Below are positions 11,102-21,596 of a DNA stretch of 64,000 nucleotides, piece by piece; within the stretch, counting starts at the first letter, position 1; each line of letters begins with the position of its first letter. This DNA comes from Candidatus Latescibacterota bacterium (GTDB lineage Bacteria; Latescibacterota; UBA2968; UBA8231), in the NCBI GenBank assembly GCA_965206595.1, contig OZ242214.1, positions 800,001 to 864,000 on the forward strand, given 5' to 3'. A program made the position numbers and the translations under genes. The notes under the pieces were generated by a model. That model ran no database searches and was not told where the DNA came from. It saw nothing but the letters and a program-made list of their open reading frames with translations.

Positions 11102-13417
11102 TCACTCTGGCTCCCCCTTCCTTGCCTCCACGGTAAGCACCTGGCCCTTCCAGCGCAGGGGACCGTCGCCGATCACCTCCCAGGCCGCCGGCACCCCGCC
11201 ATCGAAGCCCACCACCGCGGCGATGCCGTCGAAGGAGAGTTCTCCGAGCTCGTGGGTTCCCTCGACGGCCCCCGAACAGCAGACATCTTCCCCGGCGCCG
11301 TCCGGCCCCCGCACCCGCAGCCAGCCGCTGCCGGGCTCCCCTTCTGCCGACACCCGGGGCAGCCGGGAATCCCCGGAGCGCTGCGGCCACAGGACCGTCT
11401 GGAAGCAGACCGGGGGCGTACCGCGCTGACGGTAGACGACGCAGGGCGCCGGCACCGGTTGCGGCTGGTCGCCGCAGTACCAGCCCTGCATCGCCGGCTC
11501 GGTGCGGCCCTCGACGATCTCCACCTCGACACCCTCCATCGCCGCCGGAATAATGGCGATGTTCGCCAACCCTTCGCCGGCGGTGCTGACAACTCCAGTC
11601 GCCGGGTCGGCGGCCACCGGCCCCGGGACGAGGTGGAACAGCTGTTCGTACGTGTGCTCGCCGCTTCCGGTCAGACGGTCGGTGATCACCCAGTACTCGC
11701 AGTCCCCCGGGTCCTTCCCCTTCACGTAGATGACGCTGCGATGATGGGCGACCGAGGTATCGATCGGGCCCTCGTACTTCTCCGGCTCGAACACCGAGGA
11801 CATCGGCTCCCCGAACTGGCCCGCACCCCACCCGTGGTCGTACTCCCCCTCGAGATAGTCGCAGACCCCAGTGCTCACCCAGGTATTTGCGAGGGACTCC
11901 TCCACCGTCTTCGGGCCGGTGATCAGCCGCATCTGGCTGGCGCCGTCGACGATCACGGTGTTGTGGCCGGGAGTGTTGCCGAACAGGTCGTAGTAGGGGA
12001 TCTCGGCGGCCTCGCGGGAGTAGCTGTGGATGCCGAGGTCCTCGATCAGGGAGCGCCCGTACGCGACCACCTCGACCGCGAGCTTGCCCTCGTGGGCGTG
12101 CACCTCCCCGAGGGGACCGACGTCGAACATCAGGTAGTTGGCCTGCTTCCCCCAGCCGCTCCGCATCACCGCCAGCCCCTGCCAGGCATACCAGGAGGAG
12201 GTGTGGTCCGGAGGAGTGCCCTGGTCGCCGCTGCTGACCGCGTACTCGAGATCGCCGCGGCCCCGGGGACCGGCGATGCGGCTGACGTAGTCGCGCGGCG
12301 AACGCCGCTGGCTGTCGCCGGTCCAGGGACAGGTGCCGTCCGGCTTGACGCAGTCGGCGAGGAACTCCGCCCGCTTCACCATCGCCTCCTCCACCTCACC
12401 GGGGTAGGGCCAGCCGTTGTTCCGCGCCAGGTCGACGGCCTCGATCGCCGACCTCGAGGCGCCGATGATGTAGCCGAACGAGTTCTCCTTCGAGGTCCCG
12501 TCCGGGTAGAAGGCCCCTGCTCCGAAGTAGCCGCGGATCTGCTCCCACCCGAGGGTGCGCCAGTGCTGGGACCTGCGGAACTCCGGCATGCCGACGCCGA
12601 GCCAGAGGATGCCGAGGCCGTTGTAGAGCAGCTGGTTTCCCGGGGCGGAGTCGACTGCCTCCATCGACTCGGCGCAGGTCGTCGCCAGCCAGTAGCGCAG
12701 CCGGCACAGGTCCCGCGGCGGCAGTCCCTCCCAGGACAGGATGAAGGGGATCAGCTGCTGGTAGCAGCGGGCCAGCTGCATGTCGGGAAGCCAGATCCAG
12801 TCGCTGCGGCCGCCGACGTAGTCGAAGTAGTGGTTGAGGATCCGGACCAGCCTGGCGATGTAGCGCTCGTCCGCGGTTGCCCAGTACGCCTGCGCCAGGG
12901 CGAAAAGGAAGTATTGATACTGCAGGCTCAGGGTCCATCTCCGGCCCTGCCCGTCGCCGGGAGGTATGTGCTCCCAGTCCCACTCCGGCCCGAGGTCCTG
13001 GACCCCGTCCTCCGGGTGGTAGACCAGCATCACCTTGTTGTCGAGCAGCAGGTCGGCCAGCTCGACGACGTTGTGGGGGGAAGGCCGGATCCCCTCGAGG
13101 CGGTGGGACGTATACCCCTTTTCGAGGCTAACCAGGTCGCCGCCCCGCTCCCTGTCTCTCCAGGTCAGCCGCCTCGGGGTTTCGGTGAGGAAGTCGAACG
13201 CCGCCCGCCGCTCTTCCGGGCTCTCGCCGCTCTCTATCCAGGGAAGGACCGGGGCCTCGCGCCGGCGCTGGCAGTCGAGGTAGGCCCTTTCCGCGGCCTC
13301 GCCGTCCCCGGCCGCCATGGCCGCGGCCATCTCCTCCAGGCCGGGACCCCCGGGGTCGAGGAGGCTCCACAGGGACTCGGGGGAATAGCCGGGGTTTTCC
13401 GCCGGTTCCGAGGTCAT
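11102..13417 (-). CDS. Heparinase II/III family lyase
   Basis: Alpha-helical N-terminal part (YPDGTSKENSFGY) plus MRSGW...FDVGP..HAH..L and GHNTVIVDG motifs. Confidence 0.88.
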   Translation of the reverse strand: MTSEPAENPGYSPESLWSLLDPGGPGLEEMAAAMAAGDGEAAERAYLDCQRRREAPVLPWIESGESPEERRAAFDFLTETPRRLTWRDRERGGDLVSLEKGYTSHRLEGIRPSPHNVVELADLLLDNKVMLVYHPEDGVQDLGPEWDWEHIPPGDGQGRRWTLSLQYQYFLFALAQAYWATADERYIARLVRILNHYFDYVGGRSDWIWLPDMQLARCYQQLIPFILSWEGLPPRDLCRLRYWLATTCAESMEAVDSAPGNQLLYNGLGILWLGVGMPEFRRSQHWRTLGWEQIRGYFGAGAFYPDGTSKENSFGYIIGASRSAIEAVDLARNNGWPYPGEVEEAMVKRAEFLADCVKPDGTCPWTGDSQRRSPRDYVSRIAGPRGRGDLEYAVSSGDQGTPPDHTSSWYAWQGLAVMRSGWGKQANYLMFDVGPLGEVHAHEGKLAVEVVAYGRSLIEDLGIHSYSREAAEIPYYDLFGNTPGHNTVIVDGASQMRLITGPKTVEESLANTWVSTGVCDYLEGEYDHGWGAGQFGEPMSSVFEPEKYEGPIDTSVAHHRSVIYVKGKDPGDCEYWVITDRLTGSGEHTYEQLFHLVPGPVAADPATGVVSTAGEGLANIAIIPAAMEGVEVEIVEGRTEPAMQGWYCGDQPQPVPAPCVVYRQRGTPPVCFQTVLWPQRSGDSRLPRVSAEGEPGSGWLRVRGPDGAGEDVCCSGAVEGTHELGELSFDGIAAVVGFDGGVPAAWEVIGDGPLRWKGQVLTVEARKGEPE

Positions 13418-13499
13418 GTCACGCCCCGGCCGTTACCTGCCACGGTGGTCCGCCCTCCAGGAAACGCGGTTGGTGAAACTGGCAACCCCGGATCGATCC

Positions 13500-14135
13500 T
13501 CATGGGGATTCCCCGGCGACGGCGTCGATGGCGCGCTCGATTTCATCGAGGCCCTCGGCGCTGACCCCGTCGTAGTAGCCGCGGATCCGGCGCTGGCGGT
13601 CGACGAGGACCATCCGGGGACTGTGGAACAGCGGCTGCGCCTGCGACTCCGGGGGAGACTCGCCGACCCCGAGCTTGAAGCCGGCCTTGCTGAGGTCCCA
13701 GATCTCCTCGCGACTCCCGGTGAGGAAACGCCATCTGTCCGGGTCGGCGCCGTACTTCTCTCCGTACCGGCGCAGCACCTCCGGGGTGTCGAACCCGGGA
13801 TCGACGCTGAAGCTGACCAGGGTGATCTCCTGCAGCAGGTTTTTCTGCTGCAGCCGTTCCTGCAATTCCGCCATCGTCGCGGTCTGCAGCGGGCAGGTCG
13901 CGGCGCAGCGGGTGAAGATGAAGTTGGCGACCCAGAGCCCGGAGTCGAGCTGGGCGCTGCCGAACGGGGAAGCGGTCTGGTCGGTGAGGGCGAAGTCGGG
14001 AACCGTGCCCAGCACCGGAACAGCGGTGTCCTCCGCTTCCTGTTTCAGTTCGCGGCCCGCCTGCCCCCCGTCCCCGCAGGAGCAGACCACGAAGGAAAGG
14101 AGGGCGAGGGCAAGCCGCGGCGCTGTCAGCTTCAT
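13500..14135 (-). CDS. SCO-family copper-binding lipoprotein
   Basis: Lipobox-like signal, FIFTRCAATCP (CxxxC), SVDP.FDTPEVL, HSPRMVLVD...IRGYY. Confidence 0.92.
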   Translation of the reverse strand: MKLTAPRLALALLSFVVCSCGDGGQAGRELKQEAEDTAVPVLGTVPDFALTDQTASPFGSAQLDSGLWVANFIFTRCAATCPLQTATMAELQERLQQKNLLQEITLVSFSVDPGFDTPEVLRRYGEKYGADPDRWRFLTGSREEIWDLSKAGFKLGVGESPPESQAQPLFHSPRMVLVDRQRRIRGYYDGVSAEGLDEIERAIDAVAGESP

Positions 14136-15256
14136 GCGGATCCCCGCAGCCATCTGGCCCGCGATCTCCTGGCGTAAACGTACTGGTAGTCGAATTGGGG
14201 ATCGCGGAAGTACCCGCCCGTTTCGAGGGCGCGAGGGTACCTCTCGATCGCCTCGTCGACGAGGTCGACACCGAGCCCCGGTCCGTCGGGGGGCGTCATG
14301 TGCCCGTCGACCACCTGCGGTTGCGGCGCCATCACCTCGTAGCGCGCCGGGATGTCGCCGGTGCGGTGCTCCCATATCAGGAAGTTCGGAATTGCCGCGC
14401 AAAGATGGAGGGAAGCGATCTCCCCCACGGGCCCGAGCGAGCCGTCGTGAGGGGCGACCTGAATGTAGTGGGCCTCTGCCATGCCGGCGACCTTCTTCAT
14501 CTGCGCCAGCCCCCCGAAACGGCCGGCGTCCGGCTGGATGACGTCGACGATCTCGCGCTCGATCAGCTCCCGCGCCCCGTAGATGTAGGCGAGCCTCTCA
14601 CCGGCGGCGAGCGGGATGTCGATCGCTTCCGACACCCGCGCCATGGCCTCGACGTTCTCCGGAGCGACCGGTTCCTCGTAGAAGAAGAGGCCGAAATCCT
14701 CCAGGGCCCGCCCCATCGAGATCGCGTCGCGCGTGGTCATCCAGGGCATGCCGTGCAGGTCGACCATCAGGTCGATCTCGTCCCCGACCGCGGCGCGGAT
14801 CTCCGCGACCTGGCGCACGCAGTTCTCGATATCCCCCATCTTGAGCCCGGTGTACCCCTGGTCGACCAGCTCGCGCGCCTGTTCGGCGTTGTCGCAGTGG
14901 GTGTACACCCGCAACCTGTCGTGCATCTTCCCCCCCAGCAGGTTCCACACCGGGGTGTCGAGGGCTTTCCCCTTGATGTCCCACAGCGCCATCTCGATGG
15001 CCGACATGGCCGCCGCCCCGGTGACCCCGGTCATCCCGTGGGTCTGCAGGAACATCCGGCTCCACAGGCGCTCGATGGCGAAGGGGTCCTCCCCGATCAC
15101 GGCGGCGGCCTTGAGTTGGATCTCCGCTTCGACGCTCGGCCAGCCGACCGCCTCACCGACGCCGTGGATCCCGGCGTCGGTGAACACCCGGCAGAACAGG
15201 AAAGCCCCCCTGCCCTCCTGCCCGGCGGTGCAGGTCTTCACCTCGGTAATCTTCAT
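14132..15256 (-). CDS. Mandelate racemase / galactonate dehydratase-like enolase-superfamily protein
   Basis: MKITEVKT start, SAIEMALWDIKGKAL, MVDLHG, YEEPV, AAGERL and IQPD motifs. Confidence 0.92.
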   Translation of the reverse strand: MKITEVKTCTAGQEGRGAFLFCRVFTDAGIHGVGEAVGWPSVEAEIQLKAAAVIGEDPFAIERLWSRMFLQTHGMTGVTGAAAMSAIEMALWDIKGKALDTPVWNLLGGKMHDRLRVYTHCDNAEQARELVDQGYTGLKMGDIENCVRQVAEIRAAVGDEIDLMVDLHGMPWMTTRDAISMGRALEDFGLFFYEEPVAPENVEAMARVSEAIDIPLAAGERLAYIYGARELIEREIVDVIQPDAGRFGGLAQMKKVAGMAEAHYIQVAPHDGSLGPVGEIASLHLCAAIPNFLIWEHRTGDIPARYEVMAPQPQVVDGHMTPPDGPGLGVDLVDEAIERYPRALETGGYFRDPQFDYQYVYARRSRARWLRGSA

Positions 15257-15582
15257 TGTGTGGTCCTCCTTCGTCTTTTCGCAGGTTACCGTCGAGGGCC
15301 ATGATCCGCATCGCCGCCATCCGGCGCAAGCGGACTGCCTGTGTGGCCGTGTCCTTCCCGTCAGGCTCGCCCGCACGGAGACTGCCGCGGGGACGGAGCT
15401 GAGCTTATTCCCGACCCTGACGACGGCCTGCGGAAAGGCCGCGATTCCACGCATCCTGACCGCCGGGTGCCGCAACCAAGTAGTATCGACGATTGAAGAT
15501 ATCTGCATATTCTATCCTGACGAGTTGATAGATCACCCGAGCTCCACTCGCGCATGCCTGCTCTGTACCTAGGATTTTGGCT

Positions 15583-18137
15583 ATGTCTCCATCTCACGAC
15601 TCGTTCTTGGCAGCACTGACTGCTCTCAGCAAAGACCAGATCCGGCAAGCCGGGCAGAGATATACGCCCGGGATTGATCCTGACGCGCCGAATCTCCGGA
15701 TCGAATCACTCTTCACCGCGATCGAGAACGTCGCCTGCGGAGCGGGCGCTCGTGCGAGATTTCATTCGGTGCTCGATGCCTTCTCCGAGGCTTGGGACCG
15801 TGCCAAGCGCTGCAGCCAGCGGCCCGACGTAGTTCAGCAGCGAGCGAACGATGCCCGCGCCTTCTTGTCACCGATGATGGACCGACTGCGAGCGCGCGAA
15901 GCAGGTGCAGGAGAAGAGTGGTCGGATCTTCTCTCTAGCATTGAATCCGATCTATTGGCGGATAGGGATCACTGGCGTGCGGAGGAGGCCAAGCTGCAGC
16001 CGGCAGACAGCGATACCGGGTACTCGTCTGCGCGTAACACTATCCGCGGCAACATGAACGACATCGGTCGCTGTTTGGCCATTGTGCGTGATGAGAAGGA
16101 GTACATCCAGAGTCCGGCGTTCAAAGTCCTGTTTGATCCGAACCTCTTGGTAAGCGGCGAATGGGGCACGGGCAAGACACATCTGCTGTGCGATTTCACC
16201 CAATACCGAATCGGTCGTAGCCAAGCCACTGTTCTTGTTCTGGCAAAGAACTTCCAAGGCAGCGTTGTTACAGAAATCTGTTCCCGGATTGCAACAGGGC
16301 ACACGGCAGCTGAGGTATTCGATCGACTTGAAGAATTGGCGTGCGAGACCGCAGAGCGAGCGGTCGTCATCCTGGACGGTGTAAACGAAGGTCGTCGCCC
16401 TGAATGGCGAGAAGCCGTTACCATCCTTCAAGCGCTCGTTCCAGACCGCCCGAACATTGGTTTGATCGTCACGTGCCGGACACCGTTTGAGCGCTTGGCC
16501 ATCAAGCAGAAAGACTTAGAGAAATTTCATAAGGTCATGCACCTCGGTTTCGACGATCAGGAATTCGACGCTCAGGCAGCCTTCTTCCAGTACTACAACC
16601 TGCCGCTGCCTGAAGTGCCGCTGCTGGACAGAGAATTCTCACGACCGCTCACACTGAAGCTGATCTGCCAATCACTCCAAAGCCTTTCAGGCAAGAAGTT
16701 AGCACAGGGGTTTGCTGGTATAGCCTCGGGTCAAAAGGGAATGACTTATGTCCTTGAGTCGTTCGTCAACCGCGTTGGCAAACCGATTGAGCGCCAATAT
16801 GGTCTGAAGGCCAAGGGATGCTGGGGATTGCTGAAGGGAAGCGATCAAATCGCCGACAGGCGACTCGCGGGCTTTGCGCCGTGCATGGCGGCGAATCTGC
16901 GCGGCTATATTCGTCCATCGGAGGCAGATCGCATCATCGTCTCCAACTACCCGGCATTGAGACCGGCACAGCGGCGCCAGCTCCTCGACGTGCTACGGAC
17001 GAACGGCCTCATCGAAGAGGACGCCGTCTGGTACTCGACGAAATCCGGGTTCAAGTCCCGGATTGTCTTTCGGCTTCCCTATCAACGATTCAGCGACCAC
17101 TTGGTCGCACGGCATTTGCTGAAGACGCATCTCGATGTTTCTTCGGCTGCAACGATCAAGCAAAGCTTCACGGGCAAATCCCCGCTCGCGCGGATCTTCC
17201 GGGTCTCAAATCGATACCACCGAGAATACGCGGAGCCGGGCTGGGCGCAGGCGCTGATTACCGAGTTTCCGGAGCGAGTGGGTAGGCGACTTCCACCCAG
17301 GCAGCGTGAGCTGTTCTTCGTGTTGCCCAAAAGGGCCCAGAACTTGAGTGCGTACTTCGACCCGTTCATCGAAGGGGTGTTTTGGCGCGACCCTGCAGCG
17401 TTCACCGAGGGTACGCGGGCCGTCATCAATCAATATCTGAACGCCGGATCGCGGGCGTGGGAGCAAATGGTTGACGCGTTAGCTGCCGTCTCGACCAAGC
17501 CAAAGCACCCGTACCACGCGCGTCGTCTGTACGATTTCCTCGCGCGCTATCCGATGTCTGACCGCGATCTCCAGTGGTCAGAGTACCTTCGGCGACGGTA
17601 CGCGTCGCCCACCATTCACCGTCTACTGACCTGGGCGGAGAAGCTCAACGCGGCGAACATGACGCAGAACTCTGCGACGGAGCTTGTTGTATTGCTCTCC
17701 CTGGTCCTTACGACGGTCGTTCGAAGTGACCGCGACTTGGCGACAAAGGCGCTTTTGTTGATCGGCGAGAGGTTTCCGGAAGTGCTTTTCACCCATGTCG
17801 TGACTAGCCTTGGATTCAACGATCCTTATGTGCCTGAACGCATGTTGGCGGCTGCGTACGGGACGACCTTGTCCTTGGTGGACTCGGAGGCGGCACCGAC
17901 GTTTCGACCTCTACTCGGAGATCTAGCGAATACCCTCTATCGGAAGATGTTCGGCTCCAGTGCTTGCAACGCCACCCACCATACTCTGACGCGAGACTAC
18001 GCGCTCGGCATTATCGAAATCGCCCAGCGCGTAAGTTGTGTCGTGCTACCCAATACCGCTAGTCGGGATCTTGCTGCGCCGTTTCCGAACACGCTCTCGA
18101 CATTTGCGAGCGACGGCACGCCTGATCCAACTGTGAC
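15583..18137 (+). pseudogene. STAND-type NTPase resembling Avs anti-phage receptors, truncated at the 3' end by IS1380
   Basis: Walker A GEWGTGKTHLL, Walker B VVILDGVNEG, plus RYTP, PLTLKLIC, YQRFSDHLVA, RDLATKAL and NDPYVPER motifs. Frame runs into the IS end. Lower GC. Confidence 0.72.
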
Positions 18138-19997
18138 CCTTTGTTATTCATTCAACCCGCGCATAAGCGGACATAGGCGCTTCCGAGACCCCTTTGCTTA
18201 GCCTCAGAGGCTTGCGTCCCTTCTATAGTCGGCTTTTTGGGTAGAGCCGTCTCCTTATCTCTACCGACCTTGTTGAAATTGTACGCGCCTTCTCGAAGAC
18301 GCTTGCCTTTGCGAGCCCATCATCCCGACCGACCCGGCCTGCGCTTACGCCATCGCCGCGTCCACCGGTTTGAGCGTGGCCAGAAATCTCCACAGACGAT
18401 CCCAGGCAGCCGCCGTCCCTTGGGTCAGGATGACGCCCACCCTGCGCCCATGCAAGGTGACGCGGGACGGCAGGCGCAGGTAGCGCCGTCGAAAACTGTC
18501 CAGGCTCAGGGCCGTCGTCGAGCGTCCGTATGTGCGGGGCCGCCCGCGTCGGGCCTCGGCGCGTTCGGCGGCCTGGCGGCCCAGGTGAAGCAGGTTGTAG
18601 GCCAGCAGGTTCAAGGTCAGAAGCGCCTGGTTGGCAGCGAAGGCATCCCGGGACGGGGTGCGCTGACGCGGCTCTCGACCCCGGTAGTGTTGCTTGCGAC
18701 GGGTGGTAGAGGAGAGCTGAGGCTGGAGGGTGGAGCTCAACTCGCCGAGCATGCGCTCGAAAAGGCCGCGCTGACGATAAAAGGCGACCAGGTCGCGGCC
18801 GCTCATCGTCTGGGGACTCTGGTCGGTGATCAGGAAGAAGTGGCGGGCGATGGGCAGCTCTTCCGTCTCGGAAGGGACCAGGACCAACACCACCCGCCGG
18901 GGCTGCGCCCAGGACCTGGCTTGATAGCGCAGCTCGCGACAGCGAAAACCCTCTTCCCGCAGCTCTTCCGGGTGCTGCGCCAGCTCCTGCTGATAGCCTT
19001 CCACCCAGGCACGAGCCAGCTCCTCCAGGCGCGCATTCTTCTTGATGCGCGCCACGTACGAGGTGTCGGCCCGCGCTTCCAGCTCACTCAGGAAAGACCC
19101 GCTCACCGAGGCCGCGTCGAAGCGCAGGATGAGGCGCCGGGCCAGATGCGACTGAATCCAGTCCAAGCGCTTGCCGAGAGCCTCTGAGGCGCCCTCATGG
19201 GCGTGCACGTTGCCCGGCCGCAGCACGGCACCGAAGAAATCGCCCGTCTGCGCCGAGCCGAGGAGCAGGGGATGGTACCCCGAGGCGTGGAAGTAGCCGT
19301 TGTATTCGACCCCCGCCTGGTGCCCGTGCGCCGGCATCGGCAGGGCATCCATGTCGACGGCCAACTCCTCGTATTTCATCCGTCCTTCCAGCAGCCGGCA
19401 ACGAGACCGGGCGCTGCGCAGGACGGCTTCCTCCAACACCTCGCGGTTATAGGCAGTCGAGGCTTGCTCGAGCAGGCGCGACAGCGTCGGCTGACTGGCC
19501 AGTCCCTGCGGCCGGTCTTCGTCGCCGCTGCGCAACGGCGCCTGCCCTTTGCGATCGCTGACCGCCAGACGCAGGATCGGATCTTGGCGCAACGCGTCGG
19601 CGTCGGCGGCGTGGGTCCAGCCCTGTGCCAGCAGCACGATCTGTGTGCGCAGCAGCTCCGGCAGCGGGTGCGTGATCTGGTCTTGGGTACGGAGATCCTC
19701 GAAGTGGGCGTCGACCCAATCCAGAACCCGGCTGTGTTCGAGCAGTTGACGCAACATCAGCGCACCGGTGTCGCTGCCAAGGTGGGTGGGGCGGGCTTCG
19801 ATGTGGATGGAGCGGTTGAAAGACGGCTGAATCGGCCCGGCTTGCTCGGACTCGGTGTGTGACGGTAATTCACCCATTGGGTGTCCTACTGTGTGATGGG
19901 TTCAAAGGGCGATACTGCCTTGTGTTTCCCTCTGAAATCTAAGCATGGGAGGCACCCAGTACAGCCCTCTCCACTAAAATTCCATGAATAACAAGGG
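18138..19997 (-). mobile_element. IS1380-family insertion sequence, copy 2 (inverted relative to copy 1)
   Basis: Same terminal repeats and essentially the same length as copy 1. Flanks TGAC and TGAG do not form a perfect target duplication. Confidence 0.93.
18345..19877 (-). CDS. IS1380-family transposase
   Basis: Same as 6994..8526 except WLDAH vs WVDAH. Confidence 0.93.
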   Translation of the reverse strand: MGELPSHTESEQAGPIQPSFNRSIHIEARPTHLGSDTGALMLRQLLEHSRVLDWVDAHFEDLRTQDQITHPLPELLRTQIVLLAQGWTHAADADALRQDPILRLAVSDRKGQAPLRSGDEDRPQGLASQPTLSRLLEQASTAYNREVLEEAVLRSARSRCRLLEGRMKYEELAVDMDALPMPAHGHQAGVEYNGYFHASGYHPLLLGSAQTGDFFGAVLRPGNVHAHEGASEALGKRLDWIQSHLARRLILRFDAASVSGSFLSELEARADTSYVARIKKNARLEELARAWVEGYQQELAQHPEELREEGFRCRELRYQARSWAQPRRVVLVLVPSETEELPIARHFFLITDQSPQTMSGRDLVAFYRQRGLFERMLGELSSTLQPQLSSTTRRKQHYRGREPRQRTPSRDAFAANQALLTLNLLAYNLLHLGRQAAERAEARRGRPRTYGRSTTALSLDSFRRRYLRLPSRVTLHGRRVGVILTQGTAAAWDRLWRFLATLKPVDAAMA

Positions 19998-19998
19998 C

Positions 19999-20566
19999 TG
20001 AGATCGCTTTTGGGGGTGGCGCGGAGGAGGCAGAGTCGTACGATATTTTCAGTTTGAACCTTGAGGATGGCCAGATCAAGAAAATCATTCCGGACGGGAT
20101 CCTTCCAGCTTGGTCAAAGAACGGCCTACTTGCTTTTACAACCTACCGGGACAGCAACATGGAAATCTATCTTGCGGACCAAGAAGGCCGCCTCCGCAAC
20201 CTCACCCGCCATGACAGCCCGGATGTTCGTCCTGCGTGGTCGCCCGAAGGCACTCGGATTGCCTTCGAGTGCCTTCGCTACGGTAACCCGGAAATCTGCA
20301 TTTCAGATTTAGATGGGACGATTACAAGAGTGACAAACCATTTCGCGAAAGACTGGAATCCGGTCTGGACTTCAAAGGGAGAGGTTGCATTTCTCTCCCG
20401 CCGAGATGGGATAGGCATCTACGTGAAGGGAACGAAGGTAACCCGGATTCCTTCCCATGAAAGTGACTTGCAGCTGTCATGGTCACCGGATGGGGATAAC
20501 TATTGCTTCCTGTCCAGCCGTCCTGAGCCCTTTTGGGGCTGGCTGGTTCGATTGGTTGATTTCTGA
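19999..20566 (+). pseudogene. TolB-like (PD40-repeat) protein, 5'-truncated by IS1380
   Basis: EIAFGG begins right at the IS end. PAWSKNG, PAWSPEGTRIAF and WSPDG repeats. No native start. Confidence 0.75.
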
Positions 20567-20612
20567 TCTAACTTTAATGAAATAGTCGTCATGGAAACCC
20601 AAGGGGGAATCA

Positions 20613-21515
20613 ATGCAGGTACTTAGTGGACTTCTTCTCGTCCTGATTTTTGTGAGCTTGGGTGAAGCGCATAGCGGGAATCGCCTGTACCCCTTCTACG
20701 AGCTTACCGATGAAATGCTGAGAGAAATCAATATACACGATGGATTTATCGACGAGTGGTATGAGATCGGCGAACCCACCATGACCCTGCTGGATTTCAA
20801 GACCAATGATGATTTTGTCCCTCGTGATCCCTCCAACCTCGACTTCCGCATCTGGCTGGCTTGGCACGACGAGCTGAACCGAATATATGCAGCCTTCATC
20901 GTAGTCGACGACGAATACTCGAACAACCATGATTGGTCTGGAGAGAATGTCATACCACAGGTTGACCTTAATGACAGCATTACGCTTTACCTCGATGCGG
21001 ATCACAACGGCGGCAGAGGCACCCGTCCTGGTGGTGGCTCTCCGCTTGAGGAGAAATTGCCGATTTTTGGAGCAGCGCAGAAATACGATGCCATTTCACG
21101 AACAGTAAGCGGCCCAACCTTGACCAGCGCACACAGATTTGTCCAGCCCTGGCACACCTCCCCGCCCTACGGAGATGCGGGTGGAAGTGTAGCTGGAGAA
21201 AATCCCTTCATCTGGGTTGTCGAGATGTATGTCACGCCACAGGACGGATGGGGCGACAGCATAGCTGAAACCCCTTTCAGCGAGCTGTCCGCCAATCAGA
21301 TCATCGGTTTCGCAGCTGTCATCCACGACAGAGATCCATCCTTTGATGAATCTTCTTCAATACCCTGGAACCCGGAAGACATTGACGATGAGGAAGCCTT
21401 CCTGTTGTTGTGGCGTTCAACGGCGGATCTATTCATCGATGGGCTGTTGCTTCCCGCTCAGGAAACGGCAGTCGAGTCCGTTACATGGGGAAGGATCAAA
21501 GCCTCTTTGGAGTAG
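20613..21515 (+). CDS. Secreted protein, sugar-binding/DOMON-like fold possible, with a TWGRIK C-terminal tail
   Basis: Signal peptide, IHDGFIDEW, WLAWHD...IY, and terminal AVESVTWGRIKASLE. Confidence 0.75.
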   Translation: MQVLSGLLLVLIFVSLGEAHSGNRLYPFYELTDEMLREINIHDGFIDEWYEIGEPTMTLLDFKTNDDFVPRDPSNLDFRIWLAWHDELNRIYAAFIVVDDEYSNNHDWSGENVIPQVDLNDSITLYLDADHNGGRGTRPGGGSPLEEKLPIFGAAQKYDAISRTVSGPTLTSAHRFVQPWHTSPPYGDAGGSVAGENPFIWVVEMYVTPQDGWGDSIAETPFSELSANQIIGFAAVIHDRDPSFDESSSIPWNPEDIDDEEAFLLLWRSTADLFIDGLLLPAQETAVESVTWGRIKASLE

Positions 21516-21525
21516 GCATGCAGAA

Positions 21526-21555
21526 AAGGCCAGCCGCTCGAAAGCAGCTGGCCTT
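21526..21555. terminator. Hairpin between convergent genes
   Basis: AAGGCCAGC...GCTGGCCTT stem just after the stop at 21515. Confidence 0.5.
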
Positions 21556-21596
21556 GCTGGTTGGTGACCGGTGAGGATCTCCGCTGAGCGCCGGTT

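Noticed and set aside
11252-13564. Long antisense or alternate-frame ORFs (e.g. 11252..13564, 40334..42142, 52744..54321, 61954..63930)
   Set aside because: High-GC shadow frames of well-supported genes, with no motifs of their own.
15300-15600. A duplicated ssrA 3' end (att site) at the left island border
   Set aside because: No TGGTGGAGGCGGCGGG-like copy found by eye, so the boundary rests on composition only.
6869-20002. Apparent swapped target duplications (TCAC/TCAG) suggesting the segment between the inverted IS1380 copies is inverted
   Set aside because: Removing copy 1 alone restores GH38 in frame with the sequence at 8735-8843. Re-inverting would instead create NTPase-GH38 and GH38-TolB chimeras.
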